NCBI RefSeq assembly: GCF_006345805.1
Contig: NW_021832531.1
Coordinates: 434,001 to 498,000, forward strand
Origin: Octopus sinensis
Taxonomy: Eukaryota
Direction: 5' to 3'
DNA: 64,000 bases
Shown here piece after piece: positions 26,834 to 38,395 of this stretch (position 1 is its first letter; each line of letters starts with the position of its first letter). Both the position numbers and the translations under genes were made by a program. The notes under the pieces were generated by a model. It made no database searches. It was not told the DNA's origin and saw only the letters and a list, made by a program, of their open reading frames with translations.

Positions 26834-27905
26834 TTAGTTAGGGTAATCGAGTCCAATTTTAATTTCTGCTTCAAGGAATGGCAATGCCAAGTCTATCATT
26901 GTTTGTTGTTGTTCGGTCAGGTCAGGCAGAGGAAGAACTTGTTCTATTCCCTCTCGACCAAAACGAACAGGCGATGCGAAATATGGCAAATTGGTAATGT
27001 CAGACCGCACATACGCACATTCCACGACGTCGGGCACTCCACTAAGCCCCGAGAGGACTGCTTTTGAAACCCGAAGAGCAGCCACAGCAATGGCGAGAGT
27101 AGCCGAGCCCTAAACAACAAGCATAACAAATGTACTTTTCCTTGCTTAGCGTTCAAAACAACCGTCCCAGCCTCCCTGATCTTCAGGCAGAGGTCCTCGA
27201 TTTGGGTAGGAGAAAGATTTCCGTCATTTATGAGTGCAACGATTGTGGTTTCCGAATGTCCACACACACTCATACTGGTCACTTCAGAGGGCTCAATACC
27301 CTAGAACAAAAATAAAGCAATCAACAATAAACCAAAGTCTCAGAAACAAACGTGACAGTTCTTTGAACATCCAGAGTCGTAACCCCAAATATCCGTTGTG
27401 ATGCATCTATTCCTAAACGATCCATCAATTTGACTGCCAAGGGGACCAGTGAATTGACCTACAGAGGTCACTGAGTGGAGTACTGGATTGGTAATAATTC
27501 CGACTATTGCAAAAGGGCAGTAAAGTGCAATCCCGGTGATCAGAGACTCCATTATTTTAGAATTAGCCACAAATAAATCAGCTCTTGTGGTTCCTGAAAA
27601 TTAATCAACAATAAACCTGGAACTCCCTTTTCCCCCGCACAAATAATAACTAAATCCATTCCTGAGAGAGCTCCTTCTAATTCGTCAGGTCCTTTGAATG
27701 CTTTTACTAAACAATTTGTTGGGATATGAGACAGATCTTCTGCAACTCCAGCAGGATCAATGATATCCAATAAGTTCAGTTGACTTATTACATCACTTTC
27801 AAGTTTAAAGAGAAGACTCAAAGGTTGGCCTATTCCTCCATTTGCACCAAGAATAGCAACTTTATACTACAAATTTATCAAGAAGTGATTATCTACTTTC
27901 GACAT
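26834..27905 (-). CDS. MDH2-type (mitochondrial/bacterial class) 2-hydroxyacid dehydrogenase, atypical
   Basis: Spliced MSKYKVAILGANGGIGQPLSLL, DLSHI, ITNPVNS, GVTTLDVQR, GHS and GSATL. Five tiny introns (23-32 nt). Active-site loop reads AGEKGVPGTTRADLF. Confidence 0.9.
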
Positions 27906-28029
27906 TAAAAAGCTTATTTAATTTGATTTTAAGTTATTTTAGCTCAAATTTAACACAAAATAAAGTCAAAAATACATTTAATTATTTTTGTATAAATAAT
28001 CTATATTGTAACTTTAAAACTAATTAATT

Positions 28030-28230
28030 CATATTCCAACAAATTGCTCCTGAAAATTTTTATACACTCATTACTTATATTCTGAACAAAACTTTGGAGG
28101 AACGCTCTAGAATTGACATTGGAATCGAAAAATTAATCTCCTTACATAAAACAGATAAGGAAAGAAAGAAGCCAAATAGCCTAAAACCAATCATACTGCT
28201 CAAATCACTGTGCAAAATCTTAAAATAGTT
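28030..28230 (+). mobile_element. RTE-like RT N-terminal fragment
   Basis: LISLHKTDKERKKPNSLKPIILLKSLCKIL. Confidence 0.55.
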
Positions 28231-28679
28231 AGGCGATGCGAAAAACGATATAATAAAAATGAAAGCATACCAAGATAATTAGCACTCTTTAAGAGATACA
28301 TGGGACATACTTCAAAAAAATAATCAGAAATTTTCGTTTTTAACCACCTCCTCCTTATGGATGACATAAAGCGGTTGTCGACTAATTAAAAGACGATGTC
28401 TATATGATTGAGGAGGTTGACTCTTTTCTCGATAAACTCGGCCTGGTGAAGAATTTTGATTATCAGCTACGAATTCAGAAAGTGTGGCCGAAAAATGATA
28501 AATATAATAAGACAAATAAAATTGTTAGTAGAGAAGCCAAATAAATTTTTGCTAGAACTCACCAACGAGAAGTCAAATTATTTTTTGCTATTCAAATGCC
28601 TAAGAAAAATGGAGAATTGGTTATCATAGAGTCCTCATGGTGGTTAAAACATAGAAACAATTTATACTTAGTAAAGTAA

Positions 28680-29000
28680 TGCTATATTCGTTGCATGACC
28701 TAAAACTATTTGCAAATTACGGGGACCCACCGTATTATTATTGCAAAAAGGCTAAGTAGACAAAGTGCAAGAGGATGCTAAACGGTCATGCGAAGACACA
28801 ATAAGGTCGTCAGGTATATTTATTTACACCTATGTAAAATCTATAAAATTAAGACTTCAGGGAAGCTTAAGATTCGTTCTGTTTAATTAGACCTCCTGAC
28901 TTTTGAGATGGATTTGATTTAAAATAGTCCGGGTCGTATTAAACTGGGACGTCAAGATTTACAAGGGTAGAATTGCAAGGCTATATTTTTAAGTCTATAA
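28680..29000 (+). mobile_element. Decayed R4/Dong-like RLE retrotransposon fragment
   Basis: RRHNKVVRYIYLHLCKIYKIK, the motif that follows the CCHC knuckle. Confidence 0.55.
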
Positions 29001-29194
29001 GATATACGTGCAAATACAATAAGAATTATTAATGGACTGACATTGTTTATTAAATATTACAGAATGCACTTTATATCAAATCCTCCAAAAGACAGTTGAG
29101 TCTGAATATCAAAATAAAAACTATGATTACAGGTCCTGTAAATAAAAACTCCGGCCTGGAGAACCACTTGAACAAAGAAATTATTACAAAAATA

Positions 29195-31100
29195 TCATTT
29201 AGAAGAAAACCAATTATTCAGATTGGACTCTGTTCTTCGCCGAATACACTTGGGTCCATCATTTCTTACATTATTAACAAACTTATCAACAGGACGATTA
29301 GAAAAACGGCAGGTCCCGTTCAAACAACGCTCAAAAGCCTGTAAACATAATTTCTTCAACATTACAGCACTGTCACTATAAAGAGACACATTCAGCCAGT
29401 CCTCAGCATCCTCTGATGTCAGCAAAGCCTGATTAATGTCAGTCAAAAATACAGGCATTCGATGGTGGATTTTGTCCATGTCTGGACCTGCCTCCATAGT
29501 GATGACTGAAAACACGAATTCGTCGACAGATTGACTTCCATTGAGGACAACTCCAGCCATCAGGAGTAGTGGCCATTCTAAACAAAATAATCTCCTCAGT
29601 AAAAAAACCTTCGATGGTATCGTTTTTAACCGCCTGGTCGTAAAATAAATAAGGCATTCTCCCCTCCGGCGTCGATTTCCATTCGTAAAAACTAACAAAT
29701 GCAAAAAAGTATTCTACCCGTCAGCAACTACCACGCATCGAATTAATCCGTTAAAACTTCCATTTTTTGAACTTATTTTTGACAATAATGTCTCCTTTCT
29801 GAAATTATTCCGTGTATTTGGATACTTTCTGTCCTCACTTGGACGATAGCCCCAACTGAAGTTTAGTTATGTTAGACAAACTGCATCTGAGTGAGTGCAC
29901 AGTCACCTTTCCGGTACTTTTGTCGAAGTGGTCGCAGTTTTTTTAGGCCTTTTAAAAAATCTAATAATTTTGAGGTGGAATATATTATATTTTATTTAAG
30001 TCGCTCTATCAATAATTTAAAATATTATTAAATTTTTACTAATTTATTTTCTAATTTTTTTAATATTATGGCGAGCATGTACCTAATATTGATATAAACT
30101 GGCACTATAGGTCACATGGAAAATTCTGTTGTGGACTTATGCAACATCAAATTCCGACAGCTCCAATAAGTAAGGAGGATGCAGTGCATTTTCTGCAAAA
30201 TGTGGATATCCTTTCAAAATCACGTATATGTCCGAAGGGACATCAGATGGAATTAGTCTTGGGACCGAAGCTCAATTGGAAATGCTCAAGAGTTGGTTGT
30301 AGAGTCCAATGTTCTATTAAAAAAGGTATAATTTCTCTCAAATAATTCTAGATACCTGGTTAGAGAATTGTAGATTGCCATTTGAGGATGTCATCGCCTA
30401 CATATACTTATGGAGTTACGATAGGCATACCTTCAAATGGCTTCATCACGAATACAATTGGGGTGAACATACATATGTCGATGGGCTATGTTTTTACGTG
30501 AAGTCTGTGTGGACGCACTTGTTAAAAGATCTGACGGCAAAATTGGTATTATTAATGTTTATTTCAGGTGGTCCTGGTATGATTGTGGAGGTAGACGAGA
30601 GTATGTTTTCCAAACGGAAAAACAACTCTGGAAGAGTTTTACCAAAACAGTGGGTCTTCGGTGGTATTTGTCGATTAGTTATTTTTTCAGAATTTATGTG
30701 GCGAAAACAAATACAGAACTATAAGGAATCTTTTGCACAGATTGTAAAAGACATAAATTCCTTCTACAGTCCTGGAATTTGGATGCCGCGTACTAAAAAT
30801 GACTAAATTGGTTAAATAAATTTTTAAATAATTTTAATAACCATTTAAATTATTGATAGAGGGTTATAAATTAAATAATCTATTTTTCACTAAAAAAATT
30901 AATTAATTTTAATTATCTTCTAAAAAAACTGCGACCACTTCGACAAAAGTACCGCCTGCCTTTCCTGAAAGATGAAATTTTTTGTGTTTTTAAATTCAGA
31001 TTTTTATTAATTGATTCAAGTTTTTTTATTATTTCTTCGGGTGAAGAAAAACTAAATTCATTAAAAATTTTATTTCGCACCACATAATACGGCCACACAT
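29195..31100 (-). CDS. HMCES: HMCES/SRAP abasic-site protector, interrupted by a Merlin element
   Basis: MCGR start at 31100 (Cys2), MHWG, RCVVVADGFYEW, LLMAG, IHHRMP and VNNVRN. No stops or frameshifts apart from the insertion. Confidence 0.88.
29912..30956 (+). mobile_element. Internally deleted Merlin transposon
   Basis: Perfect 33-bp inverted repeat at 29912-29944 and 30922-30954. Imperfect 9-bp TSD (cacctttcc / tgcctttcc). Transposase pieces CPKGH and VEVDESMFSKRKNNSGR...WVFGG. Introns at 30326-30351 and 30546-30567. Confidence 0.9.
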
Positions 31101-31141
31101 TATTTTATTAAATTTTAATTTATTATGAAATTTTTATTAAC
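31101..31141. promoter_or_regulatory. 41-bp AT-rich divergent intergenic region between the HMCES and DPH5 start codons
   Basis: ATGs at 31100 (minus) and 31142 (plus). Promoter function is inferred. Confidence 0.5.
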
Positions 31142-31984
31142 ATGCTTTATTTTGTGGCGATCGGTTTTGAAACTTGGAAAAGTATATCTCTCGAAGCATT
31201 CGAGATTTTACAGCAAATAAAAATAGTTTTTTGTGAAAACACAATTAAAATAAATTTAAAAGAACTAGTTTATACATATAATTTAACATTTTAGCAAAAA
31301 GAATCTAACTGGCAATACGTGAGAATCCGAGATTCTATTGGTTATACATCAAAATTATTTTTAGAAGAAATATCAAAAAAAGCTCTTCATTACGATGTCG
31401 CAGTAATAGTAACAGGCGACTGGCTTTTATTGTATGATTCGTATTTTTGAAATTAAAAAGTGACAGAACGTATTCTTTACTTTGTCGTGCTTATCTCGAT
31501 TATGTGAGGGACGGAACCATTCGAGTGCTTCACAATTCCTCGATTTTTTCTTCTGTCTGTTGTTCTGGATTGCCTGTACTTGTTTTTTGGCTTATTTTTG
31601 ATTTATTCTTTTGGAGAGTCCATCATTGTGCCCACAAAACCTCACCCTTCTGTCATGGAACGTCTACACTCTTCTATCCTGGCCAATTATAATCTAGGTC
31701 TCCACACTTTGTGCATTCTCGATATTGACTTTAGTCATAAATATGACGATATGACTCATAGTATTAAAGAATTGGCAATTTTCTCCGAGAATTCAGTCAT
31801 TTTTGAAGCAACGTGTTTATTGATGTCTGATATTGGCTGTGAAACTGGTGTGATATTCCGTTCTCCGTTAGGACAGATTATTAATGTGGAATTTAAACAG
31901 AATATTCAGTGTTTTGTGGTTTGCGGGCCGTTGACGGAGGTTGATTTGAGTTTTATTTCCGTCTCAAGTCAGCCATTACAATAA
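31142..31984 (+). CDS. DPH5: Divergent diphthine methyl ester synthase
   Basis: MLYFVAIG, VAVIVTGD, VLHNSSI, GLP|IYSFGES and GLHTLCILDI align with DPH5. One intron lacks a canonical AG. Confidence 0.75.
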
Positions 31985-32080
31985 GTGATGTTATTTTAAT
32001 AATAAAGCTGTCATCTGATTATTTTTATTATTGATTTAGATGATAATTTATTATTAAAAGTATTTTGTTGTGGTGTCTTT

Positions 32081-33100
32081 ATGGACTGGTTTAAGAGAAA
32101 TGAAATTTTAATTGAGATTGACGATAACCACCAGAAAAACACTCAGTTTATACAAAAAATGACTTTTAGAGAATACAACATTACAAATGGGACAGCACTA
32201 GTGGACTATTCTATTCAGGATAAAGCACAAAAGCGGTCGACAACTAAAAGATCTCAACCAAAGCAACGAGATTGGTTTAGAATCCGTCGACCAATTGTTG
32301 ACCAACAGCTTCTTTCAAATTGTTACCAGGAAAACAGTTTTTTGGCATTCCAATTCATCAAGCGCCTTAAAAACTGTTTCAAACAAGAAATCGGAGACTT
32401 TTATAGACTTTTAGGACTTATTTGCGACTTTGGAAACTCCAAAATAACTCTTGAAGATCTAAAAAATCAGTTTTATGCTTTAATCAAACAAAAAGACGAA
32501 GCCGAGGCAATATATAATCATTTTATCCACATTTTCTCGTTAAAAGAATCTTTAGAACATAAACACTTTTATGAATCAATCTTTTTAGAGAAAATTAATG
32601 CCCTCGTTCGTAAAATTTGCCTGTCTAATCCTCAATTTTTACATAAACTGTCCCAAATCGATTCTCAATGTATTTTAAACACGATAAACCTTTTTGATGG
32701 AGTTACTGGAATGGAAGAACAAGTCGATCAACTCAAATTTCTTCTCGGAATGGGAGATTTGCCTACTTCGATGGGGACTGAAATCGGTTTAATGGACCTA
32801 ACAGATCACGAAGATAAATGTCTTGAAAGGAACTCACTCCGTGCCCGGCTCTGGAATGAGCCATTTGACAATTTGAATAATTTTATTCGTCCAGAAAAGC
32901 CTAAAATTGTCCCAAAATCCAGCAAAAAATGCCAGGTGAAAAAATGCACTTCTCATAAAAATCGTCGCAATCCTCACTGTCTTGCATGCAATACTCGTGT
33001 GAGTGCGACTTGCTTATTTTTTATGTAGGTCATCAATAACCAGCTGTTTTGGGCCTGGAACGACAATACGCTGACTCCCATCAAGGCCGTCTATTCCTCT
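32081..33100 (+). CDS. Hypothetical protein with a PAH-like helical segment and a C-terminal Cys/His cluster
   Basis: 315-codon open frame with a probable short intron near 33000. No family recognised with confidence. Confidence 0.6.
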
Positions 33101-33154
33101 GAGTCAACAACTTAATATATTTTTATTTTTAGTTATTAGAATAAGTAGATTAAC

Positions 33155-34328
33155 TTAGTTTTCAACCCAATCGAGGATGTCCTGTGCGAAGTAGGTTATG
33201 ATTAGATCAGCCCCTTTGGCTGAGATATGTACAATGAAACCTGCTCGTCTGTAAGCTGTAAGGAACTCGAATAGGACGTCTCGTTCTTGGAGATTGCTAC
33301 TCTCAGCAAATTTTTTGATCATTGTGTATTCCCCAGATGTCTGATAAGCGGCTAAACAGTACTGAGGGTACTTGGAAATGTTTAAATAGTGATTTACTTT
33401 TGATTTTATACGATAAATATTGTCGAGATTCACCATGGCTGGTTTGATTATTAGCATGTCGGTCCCCTCTTCAATGTCCCTTGCCTATTGGACTAAGACT
33501 ATGAAATACTGCTGCTCTCAGAGCCAGTCCGGCAGACCCGGCAGGATGCTGGTAAGTTGATCTGTCAAAGTAGAGAGGAGTACTGCCAGCGGCGTCCCTA
33601 AAAATATTACAAATTATGTGCCTGAATTGGCTATATAGATTGGAGTGGTGCTTCACTGAATAGCTCATAACAGCCACGGAAGAACGCAGATCCGCCGAAA
33701 TTAAATTTTCAGAAATAACAGCGACTCGTCCATCCCTCATATCCGACGGAGCCACGACATGACAGCCCGCTTGTGCATATGCCAGTGCAATTTCTCCCAG
33801 TCGGCGAATACTCTGAGAGTTATTAATGCTTGAATTGTTCTGTTGGTCAATGATTCCTGACCATAATTTAATAAAGCAATACCACAATGGCCATGTGATG
33901 TGTAACTGCAGACACATACGTCGCAAATCACTGCAAGTTGTGGAAAATGTTTTGTGAGTATTTGAGTCGCACGTACAACAGGGGATTCGGGACTGTCAGC
34001 ATTGCTCGCCAAATTGTCTTTTTTAAGTCTTTTCAAGGCCCCAAACAACAAAACTGATTTTAATCCTTTTTGCACAAGTGGTTCAATGCGGTTTGCAATA
34101 TTTTCGATTGAATAATATGTCAGAGGCGGCATGGATTTGATTGGCCCGTCATCGTGAGGCACGTCGCTGTGAACGTTACATAAAGGAATGCCTTATAAAA
34201 ATGGGATATATTATATTTTCGGGACTTATTCTGGTATTGACTGTCTGCCAATCACGGACGACACGGTTGAAATAGGAAGGAATTATGTATTTTGAGGGAC
34301 TTGAATAACACCGAAAAATATTTATCAT
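33155..34328 (-). CDS. ALAD: Delta-aminolevulinic acid dehydratase (porphobilinogen synthase), zinc-dependent type
   Basis: IIYPIFI, DVCVCSYTSHGHCG, VVAPSDMRDGRV, MSYSVK, IIKPA and AAYQTSGEY. First intron is GC-AG (34167-34191). Confidence 0.93.
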
Positions 34329-34779
34329 TTAGGTACAAAAAATTCAAAAGTTTTATATTTGTTTTAAAATAATAATATTAAATAAGATAAAAGTAAATTT
34401 AACTAAATATAAGTTTAGTTCTGTTTTTTATTAAGACTCAATTACCTTCTCATTGTTGTTCATACAGCAGTAGATATTATTGCTGTTTGAAAAGAACACG
34501 TTTCTGTCCTGGCAGTAAAGTGTTTTCGACCATGGGAAGTTATTTCTGCACTTATTTCATAGAATTCCTCTCAATTTTGTATCAAAAAAATACCCTCAGA
34601 TTCTTCTCATTTATTTTTGTCAGCAAATTCCAATTTGGGTATTTAGACAGTGTTTAGAAATTCAATTGAAGTACTTATGTTTGATAGAAGTACTTAGGAG
34701 TGGTGGAAGGACTCAAGTACTTATGTCTATGTATTTTTCAATAGTGGCTAAGTGGTTGTTCTTTTCTAATTCAGTCTGA

Positions 34780-35790
34780 AGAATTGCGACACTTCTACTG
34801 CAAACACCACTCTTTCTTTTTAAATCAGAAGTCAGTCTCAGAAGCATTTTATTCACTTAAGAAAGAAAGCCGTTGTTTCACTTCACAAACTATCAAAATA
34901 TGTCGAGCAATACCTATTTTTGTGGCAAAGTGGTTTTATTATAGCCGAAAGATCCACTGCCGATGCAGTATGGAGGCATCGTTGGTTTGTTCGTTGTCAA
35001 AAGTATAAAGCTGTTATCCATATTATGGGAATTGACCTCAGCAAAGTGTTGGATTGCATATCAGAATAAACTCCTTAACTTGCTTATAAATATTGTTGAC
35101 GAAGAAAGTGTACAAATAATTTGGCTACTTTATTAGATACTTCTCTCCGTGTAAAACTTGAATGAAACAATACTGGAAACCTCCAAAGAGATTCACTATC
35201 TTTGATTTTATTCATTGTATACTTAGAAGCAGTTTTGAGAGAATTCAAAAACGAAATGAATAATTTTATATCACAAAAACAATTTACGCAGAAAAACGTG
35301 AACTGCTATCTGAAGACACGGGCTACTAAACATAATCTTACATAAAACTAAACAAATTCTTAGAAAATGGTTGTTGAACGTTAAAATCGACAAAACAGAA
35401 TGTACCTCTATTAAAGAAAGACGGACTAAGAAGCTAGGAACATTACTGGAAGATATCAAAGATATCGTTCACAGAAAAATTTTATCTGCAGTCGCCTTTA
35501 AAAGATTGATGAATATCTGGATCGTCCTGAGGATCTATCAAAATCGTCCTACGCCGGTACTTGGAGATCTATCAAAAAATCATTTATGTCGCTGGATTCT
35601 TTCCACAAAAATCAGATAAGAATTGTTGGCATATTGGCCACAAAGAGTATCTAATGATAGTCTTTGCAAGATTTTAAGTTCGCGACCTATAGGTATTGAT
35701 GTGCTGAAAAGCCGATAAAGCCTCTTTGGACACATCTTAAGAAATAAATGAAAAGACATTGTGTAATATCGTCATGGAAGTCTACTTCAA
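34780..35790 (+). mobile_element. Decayed RTE-like LINE
   Basis: KKLGTLLEDIKDIVHRK and LFGHILR-like remnants with many stops. Confidence 0.7.
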
Positions 35791-35799
35791 AGTACAAGT

Positions 35800-37330
35800 T
35801 TAGGTTATCAGTTAAGTCCTGTCCGACCATTGGAGATCTCATAGACCAATTTTCTCCACCCCAATTGCTCATTCGCAATTTCAAGAAGCCTTGATAAAGG
35901 CAATCCCGTGACATATTTTACCGTTGATACCCATCGAGTCCTCGGTCGGGAGGGAATTCTCTTCTTAGCAAAATCGCTCAGCATAATGATTCTTTCCAAT
36001 TAATCTGAAAATGTCCAAGAAACGTTTGTCTGATTTTTACGATTTTTCTTCAAGCAAAATGTCCATCTGTTTGAGTACATCAATATTCGTTATCTTAGAC
36101 GTAAAAGGATCCTCATTCAACTCCTCCAGAATTAAAGTTCAAAAGCATCAATTTTTAGTCCATTATCCATTTCCGCGCCGTATAGAAAAACCGGGAAAAC
36201 AATTGGATTGACCAGTCTGCATTTTCTCATAAAGCAAATATCCCTGCTTTTCCATATATTGTTTATTGTTAGGAAAGTACTCCGTCCCATGGCAATTTGC
36301 TTCTTAATTTCCAAGCCTCCTTCACCATTCCGATTAATTAGGGATCCCAGAAAGACAACATTATCGCAACTCTCTATTTTGTCATTTCAAATTTTTAGTT
36401 CTATTATTCCAATATTAGCAGTCGTCATAATTTTTTCTTATTGACATTTAACAGCAAACCAAAGGCACCGCTTTCTTCTCTGAATTTCAAAATCAACTCC
36501 CTGAGGCCGTCCTCTGCTTCAGCCAGTATCGTCAGAATAGCACAAATTATTGATGTTCCCGCATCCAATTTTCATTCCAACATTCGATACAGTATTCGAA
36601 TTAAAACATGATCATTTCGGCATAAATATTGAATAAGATAGGATATAATAAGCAAACTTGTCTTACCCTGTTACCAGTCGGTGTCTTCATATACTTTTCT
36701 AACAGTTGCTTCTTGGTCCTTATAAAGAGATTTGATAAACAATATCAGATAAGCATCAAAACCAAATTCTTTTAAAGCGGACCACAGCTTGTCGTGTACA
36801 ACAAAAACAAAAGCGTTCCAATGGTCAATAAAGCATTGTATACACTTTTCTGAGATTTATGGGTTTTTTTATAATCCATCGAACATTTGCTTAATGGTCA
36901 CGTGTTCCTCTTCCCTTCCTTAATCCTGCTTGAACATCTAAGTTTAATTCTTAAATAAAATCACTAACTGATTGAACTTTTTTTGACTGTAATGTATCAG
37001 CTTGTTCAGATTATCCTAAAAATTTCATTAGTGCTTCATTTTTAGTATAGCCATAATCAACAAATTCACTATAAGATATTTGACCGTCAATTTGAAAATT
37101 TTTGATTATTTCTTCATAATTATTTTCGTTGTTCTTGGATTTCACTGCTGATTGTGATTGTTTCGCATTTTATCCATTGAGCATGCCGGAAACAATTTTT
37201 GATGGTCGTAGGAATTACTTTATTCCAGACAAAGAATGTTAATGTCGCAATAGTTTAAGAGTTATTGCATTTTGACAATTTTCCCCTGGCTCAATCTTCT
37301 CGGTTATTTCATTTATTTTCAAATTGGGAT
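35800..37330 (-). mobile_element. Decayed RTE/BovB-like LINE
   Basis: EIKKQIAMGRS...VFPVFLYGAE, RPRTRW and WRKLVYEISNGRTGLN. Confidence 0.75.
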
Positions 37331-37727
37331 TAAAACATTTTATAATTCCTTGATCTATTGAGGCAAAAAGAGAATTTCAATAAAGTTTAACCTGACAATA
37401 ATTTGATGAGAATTTCAGATATTTTAGAAAAGTCATCCGGAGGAATGGTCGTCTTTGACTTGATACGTAGTAAACTAAATCTGTCGTAAAGGATTTTCAC
37501 ACATTTGAAACAACTTAACTTCCCTAAATCAAGGCTCGATTCTGTTTGTGTCAGAAACGATCATGCTTCCACAATTTTCTTATAAAGGACTTGATGTACA
37601 CATAATGCTCAGTGATTTTAAACAATCATAAAAAATATAAAAAGAAATAATTTTGCTTAAAATTTTATTAAAAATTGTATTAAATAAAAAAACTAAAAAT
37701 CTTCCATTATATATCACGTTTTTGATA

Positions 37728-38395
37728 ATGGCTCTTGTGGTAGTTATAAGACATCGAGTTATTCATTTATTATAGAAGGAAGAAAACCCAATGAGAGAAG
37801 TCAAGATTGCCAAGCTCTGTCTTAATATTTCTGTTGGTCAGTCTGGGGATAGATTGACGAGAGCGGCCAAAGTAATGGAACAACTGACTGGCCAAAGACC
37901 TCGCTTTTCAAAAGGTCTGTTTCATATTCTCATTATTCCAAACAGCCAAAATAACAATCCGTAAGTTTGGTATTCGCAGAAATGAGACAATCGCCTGTTC
38001 TACCACAGTTCGTGGTCCAAAAGCAGAACAGATCCTCGAATCTGGTCTCAAAGTCAAGGAATATGAATTATACAAAAAGTGTTTTGCTCAAGACGGAAGC
38101 TTCGGATTTGGAATCGAAGAGCATATTGATTTGGGGGTAAAATATGATCCCAACATTGGCATTTACGGAATGGATTTTTGTGTTGTTTTGGAGAGGAAAG
38201 GTAGTTTAAATAATTTACTAATCATTATTTAGGGTATCGAGTGAAGAGGAGGAGGCGTGGTTGTGCCAGAGTTGGTGCTAGTCATCGTGTGTCTAAGGAA
38301 GACGCGATGAAATGGTTTAAACAGAAGGTCCCCCGTTTTGATTATTTTTTCCATAGTTCGACGGTCATGTAATTCCTAAGAAGAGGAAAAATTAA
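37728..38395 (+). CDS. RPL11: 60S ribosomal protein uL5 (not in the ORF track because of four tiny introns)
   Basis: [38 protein letters not shown] and [23 protein letters not shown] ends at 38395. Confidence 0.95.

Noticed and set aside
34167-34179. 13-nt GT-AG intron in ALAD
   Set aside because: In frame, but shorter than any other intron here and it adds four non-homologous residues. The 25-nt GC-AG model aligns without gaps.
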